From the IMG/VR virus record IMGVR_UViG_3300049914_000251, positions 1-64,000 of that record: DNA of 64,000 bases; one strand, written 5' to 3'. Source of the stretch: a virus. The position numbers and the translations under genes are program-made. Of the stretch, positions 54,849 to 64,000 are shown one piece after another. Below the pieces are notes generated by a model. That model was given only the letters and a program-made list of their open reading frames with translations, was not told the DNA's origin and made no database searches. Within the stretch, counting starts at the first letter, position 1; each line of letters starts with the position of its first letter.

Positions 54849-55653
54849 CTTGACCTCCTAATCTACTTAATTTCCTAACCTCATGATAAGCCACAGGAGG
54901 ATATTCACTATTCCTGAGACCATCAATGTCCTCTACTTTAATTTTAACGCCATCGGCACTTATTAAAATGTCCTTAAAAAAACTACCTGCCCACATCACA
55001 AACGGAAATGCCTTCACAGCCCCATACATCTCCACCTGCCTGTCCACTTCCTCAGGAGTAACATCGCCCGCCTCAAGATCGCGCTTCTCCCAATCCGAAG
55101 CATATCTTCCTGTAGTACAGTACTTCTGCAGCCACTCCGTATTTGTTATCACCGCAAGATACACCACGTGTTCCCACGGCACAGGATTAGTTGTAGACAC
55201 ACAACGAGCCTTCTCCAAACTGGATCTCCACGATATTTTAAGCATCATATCTAATACCTGCTCAGGATAAGCTAAATCCGTCCCCAGCTTCTTACACCGC
55301 AGCAACTCCTTAGTGAGCCTTTTCTTGGCTTCCCTAGAATACATCACAAATCCAATATCAGGAGCCAAATACTTCCGCAATAATGCCACGCTGAGAAAAC
55401 ATGGCAACCCCTCAGACTCAGGGTCCTGCCGCCATCTGTGATATGCCCTCATAAGATGCCACTTAGTAGTGAAATGAAATGCCCTGACCCCACTTACGTT
55501 ATATATCACTTCAGCCACAGAAGGCTTAGTCGAATTCACTATGCACAAAGGAGGATCCGGCTTTGCAAACCCCTCTGCCCTTATCCTTTGCATAACATCA
55601 GCTGTAGTAGTACCATACATTAATCTAATCATCTTTCTCCTTGTTAAAACCAT
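54835..55653 (-). CDS. hypothetical protein (N-terminus faintly ADP-ribosyltransferase-like)
   Basis: LMYGTT...RIRAEGF resembles LYHGT...I...G. Confidence 0.5.
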   Translation of the reverse strand: MVLTRRKMIRLMYGTTTADVMQRIRAEGFAKPDPPLCIVNSTKPSVAEVIYNVSGVRAFHFTTKWHLMRAYHRWRQDPESEGLPCFLSVALLRKYLAPDIGFVMYSREAKKRLTKELLRCKKLGTDLAYPEQVLDMMLKISWRSSLEKARCVSTTNPVPWEHVVYLAVITNTEWLQKYCTTGRYASDWEKRDLEAGDVTPEEVDRQVEMYGAVKAFPFVMWAGSFFKDILISADGVKIKVEDIDGLRNSEYPPVAYHEVRKLSRLGGQVGRD

Positions 55654-55933
55654 TTGCTATCTGCTCTATCTCATCCAGAGGATTCACATCCGGCACCAGC
55701 TCTACCAAACCCTTGGCCATAGCCCGCTCCCTAAGAAATCGCTGAACCGCCTCTTCCTTAATCACGATTGCAGCGGATCCGATACGAAATATATCTTCAC
55801 CGGCTACAAACCTATTCTTATGAACTAACTGATTGACACGATTCGCCGTAATTCCCAGCCTATCAGCCACTTCAGGCACTGTAAGTAGCCCAGGATACTT
55901 GGGCAAATTTCCATTATTCAAACCGGACTTCAT
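55625..55933 (-). CDS. excisionase-like HTH DNA-binding protein
   Basis: LLTVPEVADRLGIT..RV.QL....RIG..I.I...V.RFL. Confidence 0.8.
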   Translation of the reverse strand: MKSGLNNGNLPKYPGLLTVPEVADRLGITANRVNQLVHKNRFVAGEDIFRIGSAAIVIKEEAVQRFLRERAMAKGLVELVPDVNPLDEIEQIANGFNKEKDD

Positions 55934-55951
55934 CTTTACTCCTATTATATT

Positions 55952-56512
55952 TTATACCTTTGCTTGTGGGGTCTTGTAGTTTACCCAGCCCGCTACTGCC
56001 TTATCGTACCACTCCCGCAGCTTTTGAGTATCCTGAACCGCCCCGGTACGCAAACCTTCCACGATTTCATCGTACTCTATAAATAGTGGAGCCAACAACT
56101 TAACCCGCACATCCGGCCAATACTTTAATATAAATTCTCGCATCATCACCCATGCCAGTTCCATCCTATCCCGCTTCTCATTATGCTTCTTCACACTCTC
56201 CATAGACTGCCAGAACTTTGTAACATAACTAGAACGAAGTTCCTGAATCCCGAACCACTCCTGAATCTTATTTACCGCATTTGGCAGATCACAGTTCTCC
56301 ATCGCCATAACAACGTCAATACAATCATAAGATCTGCTGCATGCCCCGAAACAGTGCAATTTATTCGCATCAGGATATATCCTCAACGACGGCTTAGTAT
56401 CCGCATGAAGAAAACAGTTTATAGAATGCTCGAAATTACCCTGATGCCTTATCCCATAATGATCAAGAATGTCAAAAATATTTACCGACGTCTTTATCTG
56501 ATTAATGTCCAT
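55952..56512 (-). CDS. stand-alone CHC2 primase zinc-binding domain protein
   Basis: IK..VNI...CFLHADTKPS...HCFGAC...D.ID. Confidence 0.88.
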   Translation of the reverse strand: MDINQIKTSVNIFDILDHYGIRHQGNFEHSINCFLHADTKPSLRIYPDANKLHCFGACSRSYDCIDVVMAMENCDLPNAVNKIQEWFGIQELRSSYVTKFWQSMESVKKHNEKRDRMELAWVMMREFILKYWPDVRVKLLAPLFIEYDEIVEGLRTGAVQDTQKLREWYDKAVAGWVNYKTPQAKV

Positions 56513-56827
56513 TTACTTCTTCCTTTTCTTTGCGTCTGCCAGCTGCTCATATAAACACTTGCAACTCAACATTCCCACCAGATGCATTTTAGCTTTCTTA
56601 GTTTTTGCTTCCTTAATAAGTTTAATTGTTCCAAGCATTTTAAGATATTCAGATATGTAAAAAGCTGCACTGACGTGAACATTGGCCCAATGAGAGTTCC
56701 AATCAAACTCATCATCAACAGCACAGTACATGATATGAATACCAGCAGCGCGTTCACTTTGTTGTACTGTTTCGTTAGGAGATAAAAGACTACCAGGCTT
56801 TTCCCCATATTCTCCCTGTTCCATCAC
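56513..56827 (-). CDS. hypothetical protein
   Basis: coupled ORF. Confidence 0.45.
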   Translation of the reverse strand: MMEQGEYGEKPGSLLSPNETVQQSERAAGIHIMYCAVDDEFDWNSHWANVHVSAAFYISEYLKMLGTIKLIKEAKTKKAKMHLVGMLSCKCLYEQLADAKKRKK

Positions 56828-59304
56828 TCCTCCACATTTAACAGATCATCAGCCTGACGCTTGGAGCCAATATAGCAACACCCGAAATCCTCCTCCAATT
56901 CGAAAGGCTCCAGAATCTTCTCACCGTCCCGGTTCTTTAATATCTGAGCACGCAGCTTACCCGGCTCATCGGCCATTTGTAGCAGGGTTAATATGACATC
57001 TGCACTTCTCTCAGACTCAGAAGTATTTGCCAACACAGCCAAAGTATATCTCCCAAGTTTGGCTGCCTCAACCCACTGGGCCTGTTTTGCCTGCCACGGA
57101 GAAAGCACAGGAATTCCGGAACCGTTAAAAGATACTGCTATCTGCTTCATCTCGATAATAACTTCGTCGATTTCCTCTCGCTTCTCGACTCTTTTTCGAT
57201 CAGAATGCACCAGATTCAGATAATCCAGAGCAAACAAGTCTATATTGAACATTGTCTGATAAGCTATTAACCGGTCATAAATATATCTAGGAGTACATCG
57301 ATAAGGCATTTGAAATATTTGAATCCGTCCATACCCGCCAGCCTTCAAATCATCGAGAACCTCATCATACAGCGCTTCGTCCGGAAGAGAAAGACCACCG
57401 CCCTTAATGTCCTTATACCTTAACACACGGCCTTCAAACTTCGGACTCTTACGACAATGCAAACAGGCCAAACGCCTTCTCACCTGCGCTCTTGTAGACT
57501 CTGCAGTGCCCAGCACCACATTCTTCCCCTGCACAAAAGCAGCATTATAAATAACATTCTCCACAAGAGTAGTTTTTCCTTGCGATGTGTTGTGTACCTT
57601 AAAAGGAGTTAGGTAATAACCAGACGTTGTTTTTAGGCCTATGACAGATCGCGGCTCTTCCCTGATTACACTTTTAACACGCGTCAAAACATATCCAGGA
57701 GTGCTTACCTTGAAATTATGATACCCCCTACCCGGAGGCCTTTCTTTTTCGCCCGCTGTATTCTGTACTGTAAATCTGTAATGTTTCCCAGATGAGTTAG
57801 GAAATGCCGTAATCCCATCTTTAATTTCCTGTAAACATCCAAACTTGCCTCTTTTGGCAACAAGAACTACTATGCCCTCCATGACCTCACGATTATAAGA
57901 TGTCCAGCTGCGCCGTTTACCCTGTATGTTTCTCATACCATCAAGATAATTGTCCAAAAATGCGTTTGTTAAATTCAAAGGAAGTTTGAATAACCATCCC
58001 GGTAGTCTCTTAGTCAAAGCGCCTCTACCAAATTCACGAACTATCCACTCAACAAAAGGCCGCCCCGTAAAAGTTATTCTTCTATACACTGTCCTGTGAT
58101 TATATTCCTTTAACGCAAACGAAATACCCATTTTCCGCAAAATGGCCTCTGCCTTATCTGCATCCTCATATAGTCTCTTACCATATGAGATACTTATAGA
58201 ATATAACCTATCCTCTTGTCCGCTTTTATTTGCCGATGGATTACCGTTTGAAACGTAATGTGCTAAAAGCAACATCAGATCCTCGTTGAACTCTACGCTA
58301 ACCCCACGTTTCAAATGCTCATGCTTAGACCCCAGCCTGAAACATAACTTTTCTGGGATCACCGCATCCTGTAACACCGGGATAGCTAAATAATCCCCAG
58401 CACTAACATCAGCAGCTTTTACTAATGTCAATGTACGAGGACCAGTCCTTCTCCTTACACAAATAGGATGTTGTAACGTAAACAACTTCGCTGGTAAAGA
58501 ATCCGTACGAATAGACACCAACGACTCAGGATCAAATTTCCACTTGCCAGCAACCCTACCGCACAACGGTACGCCATCCCCGATTTCAACATCTTCTATC
58601 TTTTTAAACCCCCCGTCCGTAAAAACAAATTCCCCTTCAGGCTGACAATAGGCACCGACCAACCACAAATCCCCTGCCGTCATACCAAAAGTCACTTCGT
58701 CAATTTCCCGAATCCCTGTCTTAATATAAACAGCCGCCTTATTAGCTTTAATGGACTTATACTCATCCCGCATCAATCCTATCTCATCCCGCATGTTTCC
58801 TTCAGGGAACACCCCGGACAACCTATCCAAATCAGTGCTCCTGGTCGCTATCATTTTTACAGCCGCATCATAGCCCTTAATTGCAGCTCCACCCACCATT
58901 TTACCCTCTGTAAGCACCTGCATCGCATCGGTCAACGTCTCAGCCAGCTTCTCAGACTTAATAATATCAACTAAACCATCCACAGCAAACTTAAACTTAG
59001 CTGTAGACACCTTAGCCTGCACAGCTACCAGCTTCTTATACAGCTCCATAACTTCGAATACCTGTGCCTCTGTCTTGCCCGCACCTTTAAGTGCAGATTC
59101 CAAATCTTCAGCGTCGATAATTTGCCCCGTCAGCTTATGATACCTTACCAGCGCCTGAAACAACGGCAAAAACCGCTCTTCAATCATCTCCTCGCGAAGC
59201 CTGCAGGACACGTGCCAGAACCTGTCCTTTATATCCTCACCAGAGCTTTGAATAAGAGCAGCAATTACGACTAACTGAAAACGCTCTTTGTCCTTTTCGT
59301 CCAT
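56824..59304 (-). CDS. dnaB: DnaB-like replicative helicase, intein-containing
   Basis: IKTG..ID...G...G, spliced Walker A GAY|TSQGKTT, AES, LDYL, PWQ, ERSAD, LKNRDG. Confidence 0.93.
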   Translation of the reverse strand: MDEKDKERFQLVVIAALIQSSGEDIKDRFWHVSCRLREEMIEERFLPLFQALVRYHKLTGQIIDAEDLESALKGAGKTEAQVFEVMELYKKLVAVQAKVSTAKFKFAVDGLVDIIKSEKLAETLTDAMQVLTEGKMVGGAAIKGYDAAVKMIATRSTDLDRLSGVFPEGNMRDEIGLMRDEYKSIKANKAAVYIKTGIREIDEVTFGMTAGDLWLVGAYCQPEGEFVFTDGGFKKIEDVEIGDGVPLCGRVAGKWKFDPESLVSIRTDSLPAKLFTLQHPICVRRRTGPRTLTLVKAADVSAGDYLAIPVLQDAVIPEKLCFRLGSKHEHLKRGVSVEFNEDLMLLLAHYVSNGNPSANKSGQEDRLYSISISYGKRLYEDADKAEAILRKMGISFALKEYNHRTVYRRITFTGRPFVEWIVREFGRGALTKRLPGWLFKLPLNLTNAFLDNYLDGMRNIQGKRRSWTSYNREVMEGIVVLVAKRGKFGCLQEIKDGITAFPNSSGKHYRFTVQNTAGEKERPPGRGYHNFKVSTPGYVLTRVKSVIREEPRSVIGLKTTSGYYLTPFKVHNTSQGKTTLVENVIYNAAFVQGKNVVLGTAESTRAQVRRRLACLHCRKSPKFEGRVLRYKDIKGGGLSLPDEALYDEVLDDLKAGGYGRIQIFQMPYRCTPRYIYDRLIAYQTMFNIDLFALDYLNLVHSDRKRVEKREEIDEVIIEMKQIAVSFNGSGIPVLSPWQAKQAQWVEAAKLGRYTLAVLANTSESERSADVILTLLQMADEPGKLRAQILKNRDGEKILEPFELEEDFGCCYIGSKRQADDLLNVEE
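57589..58647 (-). mobile_element. intein (353 aa) with degenerate LAGLIDADG endonuclease, inserted in the DnaB P-loop
   Basis: Starts CQPEG, block B FTLQHP, ends VHN followed by Thr; LLAHYVSNG and FLDNYLDGM motifs. Confidence 0.92.
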
Positions 59305-59322
59305 ATCAGCCCCTACTATAAT

Positions 59323-59628
59323 TTATACCTTATTGGCGTGATAAGTACCGTGATCTATCCGATCCATCACTTTAAGATCATCAAGATCAACATCGCTGTA
59401 ATTAACCGTCTTACCCTGCTCTATATCAACACACGTCCATATAGGAATCATGAACTTCTCTCGCCTGTCAATATCATTTACATAATATAAATCGTCTCCC
59501 GAAAACGTAGCTACTACCTTCCGCTGTGTTCCAGCCTTGCCCGTAAGAATCAGCACATCTTCCACCAGAACCAGCTGATATCCAGCTCCACGCTGCCACC
59601 TCAACAAATACCCGGTTAAATCATCCAT
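59323..59628 (-). CDS. hypothetical protein
   Basis: ORF with SD. Confidence 0.55.
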   Translation of the reverse strand: MDDLTGYLLRWQRGAGYQLVLVEDVLILTGKAGTQRKVVATFSGDDLYYVNDIDRREKFMIPIWTCVDIEQGKTVNYSDVDLDDLKVMDRIDHGTYHANKV

Positions 59629-59636
59629 ATTTCCTC

Positions 59637-61100
59637 CTACCCGAGCAGACTCAACAATTCTGCCCTTGTTAATGCCGGAAAGATATCGGATTTCTCCCCA
59701 AAAACCACATTTGAAATAGCTTCCTTTCGCTTCAGTAACTCAGGAATTTTATCCTCTAAAGTATCTCGCGCCATAATATTTATGAATACCACCTTAGCAT
59801 GCGGAGACCCGAACCTGCGCATCCGTCCTATCAGTTGCTCGGTGCGCTTGGGGTTAAAAAATTGGTTCAACGCTATAATATAGGCCGAAACCTGCAGATT
59901 CAGTGACTGTCCCAAAGCCTCTGTCCCCAAGCATACCGATACTCCGGGATCTTCCCAGAACCTTTTACGATTAACCTCCTTCTGCGTATTATTTTGCAGC
60001 CCTGTCATCAGCACATACCCCATCTTTTCCTTATCGAATCGCTTGGAAATAGCCTCTATCACCTTCAGATACCGTGCGAACACTATCACTTTCTGATCCG
60101 CCAAATCCCCGGTCAACATCTCCATCATCAGGTCCAGCTTAGACGAAACGTCGGCCTCTCCGATAGTATACAGTGTGTCAGCTATCATCTGCAACCTGTG
60201 CAACGAAGCCATTATATTAGCATTGCTCATCCCGCCCGCAGTATCTCGATACCCCTTCCTATCGGTAACATACCGAGCCTTCTGAGCCGCATGTAGCTCC
60301 ACCCACTTATCAACCACCGTAACCGGCGGTAGGAACTGCTCTATGTCCTTTAAGGTTCTTCTAATATAATATGGAGCTATCCGCTGCATGAAGTCGGCAA
60401 CATTCTTATACCCCAGCATTTTAGGATATTGAAACCTTCTGCCATACTTACTAACACCATCTATCATAAGCTCACGTTGATAACGCTTCCGAAATTGCTC
60501 GCGATCACCCAGCACATGCTCTAGCCCAAGCACACAGAACAATGTGTGCATATCCACCAACGTGTTCTGAATAGGAGTAGCAGTAATGTTTACACGCCTG
60601 GGAACGTGCCTGACTAACCGCATAACAGCCCTTTTAGTTTTAGTGACATAATTACGAAAATATGCCGCTTCATCGAACACAACAATATCAAACCTAATAT
60701 CCTTTAAATAGTCCTCATCCCTGAGCATCAAAGGATAAGAAATAATCAGCACGTCATACCAAGAGCCATACGTTGAAACCCTCTGCGTCTTTCCCCCGAT
60801 AGCTACTGCCGCCTCGAGGCCTGTGAACTTCTTGACCTCGCCCTCCCACTGTAATACCGCCTTCGGCTCCGCTAATATCAAAGCCTTGCCCAGCTCCCCT
60901 CTGCTCTTCAATAACTGCAACAAAGCGAGCGCCTGTATCGTTTTTCCACTTCCGCAGATATCGAACAGGTTCGCTCGCTCAGCGACATACAAATAAGCCA
61001 CACCCGTCTGTTGAAACGGATACAGCTCGCCCTTAAACCCGGGCACTTTTACGCTTATACGAGATGCCTTGACTTCAAGCAGCTTCTCTGGAGAAATCAC
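59637..61100 (-). CDS. SNF2-family helicase/translocase
   Basis: LYPFQ, D.CGSGKT, DEAA, TATPIQN, SLNLQ, Q..GRMRRFG. Confidence 0.92.
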   Translation of the reverse strand: MISPEKLLEVKASRISVKVPGFKGELYPFQQTGVAYLYVAERANLFDICGSGKTIQALALLQLLKSRGELGKALILAEPKAVLQWEGEVKKFTGLEAAVAIGGKTQRVSTYGSWYDVLIISYPLMLRDEDYLKDIRFDIVVFDEAAYFRNYVTKTKRAVMRLVRHVPRRVNITATPIQNTLVDMHTLFCVLGLEHVLGDREQFRKRYQRELMIDGVSKYGRRFQYPKMLGYKNVADFMQRIAPYYIRRTLKDIEQFLPPVTVVDKWVELHAAQKARYVTDRKGYRDTAGGMSNANIMASLHRLQMIADTLYTIGEADVSSKLDLMMEMLTGDLADQKVIVFARYLKVIEAISKRFDKEKMGYVLMTGLQNNTQKEVNRKRFWEDPGVSVCLGTEALGQSLNLQVSAYIIALNQFFNPKRTEQLIGRMRRFGSPHAKVVFINIMARDTLEDKIPELLKRKEAISNVVFGEKSDIFPALTRAELLSLLG

Positions 61101-61270
61101 GTCTGCTTCGCCTTTCTTTTTAATGTAGCGTTCTTAAAAGCGTTTACAAAACTCCTTCCATGCTTCGCCATACGAGAACCCTTGGCCTTGAGTTTTCTTT
61201 CCCGCTTTTCCTGCCTCGTTTCTACTTCTTCCACACTATATGTTATACCTTCGCTTGTAGTTACACAATA

Positions 61271-61828
61271 CTACTCATCAGTATAATACACATCCAAAGT
61301 AGCTAATTTATCAAACCACACCTCACGATCCTCATTCCGCCTATCATCAGACCACATTAACCAACTAAACTTCTTTCCCCTGTTTTCGACAGCATCCCGA
61401 ACCAATGCAGTAACATCAACATCAATGGATGCAGGTGCGGGAACTACAGGCACGTAGACCCGAACAGGATCTGTATACGTATAATCACCACCAGTAGCAG
61501 CCCAATGACGCTGTGGAGGATCATAACAATTCCACGTAGCATCCCACGCCCAATCCGTTCGGGTACAACGATAAAGATACACCTCATCAGGCTCCCCGGC
61601 AAACGGAGGAATTGGCTGATGCCCTCCTGTCACTATCTCATTAAGATTCAATGTCGCACCACACACTATTTTGTGCGCCGGAAATGCCGCAAGATCAAAA
61701 ATTCCCAGGCCGTGCGTATCAGCAATACCGTATGTATCATAAGAAGGCCATATCCTAACTTCAATATAACTCAGACTTCCATAAGAATAATCCGGCATTC
61801 CCCAATAAAGAAACGTGCCGTTACCCAT
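61271..61828 (-). CDS. DNRLRE/CBM96-like beta-sandwich protein (probable virion-associated)
   Basis: PDYSYG, FDL.....I..ATLNL, W..ATWN....W...GGD, DVT.LV. Confidence 0.65.
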   Translation of the reverse strand: MGNGTFLYWGMPDYSYGSLSYIEVRIWPSYDTYGIADTHGLGIFDLAAFPAHKIVCGATLNLNEIVTGGHQPIPPFAGEPDEVYLYRCTRTDWAWDATWNCYDPPQRHWAATGGDYTYTDPVRVYVPVVPAPASIDVDVTALVRDAVENRGKKFSWLMWSDDRRNEDREVWFDKLATLDVYYTDE

Positions 61829-64000
61829 CTAAAATGTAATGTGTGGCAACGGTATAGCATTATAATAAACACCTGAAACATAATCGACAGAATACCCGCT
61901 TAAATACTCCCAAGAAATGTAAGACCAGGCACGAAAATAATAATGTATCGTTGTGTTCAAATACAACGTGACTGTCTCAAGAGGCCCAAAATACGCTAAA
62001 ATTCCATCCGTAGGAGATGTAGGATACCCCGTAGTTTTATATCGTATCATCGTCCACGGCGTAAACTCAGTCAATATTGTATTTTTCCAGTCCATTTTCA
62101 CTTTACCGGGCACTACCTCTGTCACCGCAAAACCTGTCGGCGGTCCCGGAGCCGTTAAAAAGTGCCTCGGATTTCCCCAATACGTTCCCGTACCAAAAGA
62201 AGCATCTTTAGCAAACGCCACACAATTATATAACGTACCTGGAGCTAATCCGTGTAAAGTAGCACTAAAAGGCTCGCCCTCCTGACAAATAGCGCCCCAC
62301 GCATTAACTATGCTGTGAAACCCCGCCGCAGACGGATCAAGCCTGTGCTCTCTTGGCCTTTGAACAGGCCAGCTGAATTCACCTGAACTGTATGCAAAAC
62401 CAGCACTGTCAAATAAATTATGACCCAGGCTAATTTTTGTATAATTTGTAGGCGCTCCCCACACCTCTACCTGATGTGCTGTTATATCAGATGGTGACAA
62501 CGTCACCACCATATCAGCTTCAGATTCCCAAGCATTAAAACCAATAGATGGCAAACCGGACACCCAGTCCGTACCTTTAAACACGAAAGCCCTATCCGGT
62601 AAAGTGTTCTGACTAAAAGCACACTTCAGCGGCCAGTATTGATGCATAAGACTAGGAGTAAAAGTGTCGTCAGAATCAATATTTCCGCCTACCCAATAAC
62701 GCTCTATCTCACTCCACCCCGTAATAGCATTACCGCTGCCCACCTTAAACAAGGTATCTTTCGTATCATCAGCCGTCCACGGTAACATAGGATCGCCATC
62801 CCAGTATACAAGATGCCCCGGATTTGTTGAGTCTACTGCATAATACACACGTATTGCATTACCAGCACCTACGCCAGTCCCTCGAATAGTAAAAGCGTAA
62901 ACAGTGTCTCCATCTAACAAAGGAGAAGGCGTAACTGGAAACCACACGCCTATCCACTGTGGCCCTGAAACAGCGAACGCCAAATCTGGAATAACATAAG
63001 AGAAAATCGGACTGCTGCCTGTCGGAATTCCACCACTACTAACATCCCACATCTCAAAAACCGCCGTTCCTGTTCCAGTACTAGCAGCGTAAATATCTAT
63101 ACACGTTACACTCAACCATCCAGGTTGCAACGTTTGCCCTACAGCCTTGTTATCATGCAGACTATAGTAAGCTGATGGAGTACCTGTTGCCATATCAGTA
63201 GACCACTCCCAAATCTCATCTACCTTTTGAGTACAACTTTGAAGCAAAACCCTCTTAGTCGTCCCATCATCCCACTCCCAAGCTATATGGGTCACTCCAT
63301 TCTTATCCACGGCAATAGAAGGACTGTAATGATCTCCAGCATAAGGCCAATCTACACCCCAGAAAGTATCCTCATACAGATTAATTATAGGCTCCCACCC
63401 TGACGGACCTTTGCGCCTGTACATAACTCGCGACTTAAGAGGTAAAAGGCCCCATCCTTTGCCCTGCCAAACAACCGCAGGATATCCCGACGGATCTACT
63501 GCAACACACGGATTTGTTTGCTTATCAACATACACCCCTTTCATAGATACATTATCATCGCCGCAATAAATATCCTGAGTATAAGGATCAGGCGGATGAT
63601 AACGCTGACTATCATAAGCTATGTGAATCGAGTTACTCAAACCTACAACTACACTTCCTTTAGTAGCATCTCCAACACCTCCCCAACGATACGCATCAAT
63701 CCAGCCACCAGAACCACCGTACAACACCCACAACTGTTGATAAATCGGCGGCACAGGAAGAACACGCGGTGCCGACGCTACCATCACCATCTGACTTAGA
63801 GAGTTTACAGAAATACTTACATCCCACACTCCTGCCTGCTCAATCCACCACGCATATTGTCCGACTGGAAGTGAAATCGACGTAGGTAATCCATGCCAAG
63901 AGTTCCATACGCCTAACTCGCTCCTGTATCTATACTCGACATATGTCTCATCATTATTCCACGCTACATACAAACCCCCATACGAATCACAAGCACAGCA
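61829..64000 (-). CDS. large beta-rich probable virion/tail protein, 5'-truncated by the window edge
   Basis: Frame is open to 64000; PSIAVD...HIAW propeller-like repeats, FN3-like C-terminus (PTGF..W..IRY..GYPTSPTDG..YYFRAWS). Confidence 0.65.
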   Translation of the reverse strand, partial: CCACDSYGGLYVAWNNDETYVEYRYRSELGVWNSWHGLPTSISLPVGQYAWWIEQAGVWDVSISVNSLSQMVMVASAPRVLPVPPIYQQLWVLYGGSGGWIDAYRWGGVGDATKGSVVVGLSNSIHIAYDSQRYHPPDPYTQDIYCGDDNVSMKGVYVDKQTNPCVAVDPSGYPAVVWQGKGWGLLPLKSRVMYRRKGPSGWEPIINLYEDTFWGVDWPYAGDHYSPSIAVDKNGVTHIAWEWDDGTTKRVLLQSCTQKVDEIWEWSTDMATGTPSAYYSLHDNKAVGQTLQPGWLSVTCIDIYAASTGTGTAVFEMWDVSSGGIPTGSSPIFSYVIPDLAFAVSGPQWIGVWFPVTPSPLLDGDTVYAFTIRGTGVGAGNAIRVYYAVDSTNPGHLVYWDGDPMLPWTADDTKDTLFKVGSGNAITGWSEIERYWVGGNIDSDDTFTPSLMHQYWPLKCAFSQNTLPDRAFVFKGTDWVSGLPSIGFNAWESEADMVVTLSPSDITAHQVEVWGAPTNYTKISLGHNLFDSAGFAYSSGEFSWPVQRPREHRLDPSAAGFHSIVNAWGAICQEGEPFSATLHGLAPGTLYNCVAFAKDASFGTGTYWGNPRHFLTAPGPPTGFAVTEVVPGKVKMDWKNTILTEFTPWTMIRYKTTGYPTSPTDGILAYFGPLETVTLYLNTTIHYYFRAWSYISWEYLSGYSVDYVSGVYYNAIPLPHITF

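Noticed and set aside
55625-55933. Excisionase-like HTH as a sign of a prophage or integration module
   Set aside because: No integrase, att-like tRNA duplication or host genes in the window
1-64000. Plus-strand ORFs in the track (e.g. 49314..50108, 38663..39172, 15347..15871)
   Set aside because: They are antisense shadows of minus-strand genes or tRNAs and have no recognisable motifs
1-64000. Alternative genetic code (TAG/TGA recoding) or suppressor tRNA
   Set aside because: Core genes are full length in code 11, all three stops are used at natural ends, and none of the 27 tRNAs has a CTA, TCA or TTA anticodon

Overview
This 64 kb window is a segment of a large lytic dsDNA bacteriophage genome. 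All credible genes lie on the minus strand in tightly coupled operons, using standard genetic code 11. It covers four blocks. (1) Replication, recombination and repair: family A polymerase, beta clamp, delta and delta'/DnaX-like clamp-loader subunits, intein-containing DnaB, split DnaG, gp32-like SSB, RecA, RuvC, Mre11 with a split Rad50, Cas4-like nuclease, SNF2, and Ku with an ATP-dependent ligase. (2) Translation and RNA repair: 27 tRNA genes read by hand (19 amino acids, no Leu found, one 5'-damaged), CCA-adding enzyme, Rnl2-type RNA ligase, ASCH, peptide deformylase and bS21. (3) Accessory genes: two ClpP paralogs, a sigma-like factor, and a membrane-anchored Pro/Thr-repeat surface protein. 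(4) The 3' part of a probable virion protein at the right edge. The strongest candidate for an undescribed system is a glycosyltransferase / FkbM methyltransferase / ParB-methyltransferase / dCMP deaminase cluster (4.4-11.1 kb) set among the replication genes, which could perform DNA hypermodification or surface/virion glycosylation. Other candidates are a hybrid replisome (His762 PolA with an insertion and a DnaE-like tail, plus a Pol III-type clamp and loader), three unexplained structured RNAs including an attenuator-like leader of the tRNA array, and systematic non-canonical tRNA loops. A Chloroflexota-like host is a weak inference from recalled bS21 and dCMP deaminase similarity. All calls come from reading motifs by eye; no database searches were run.
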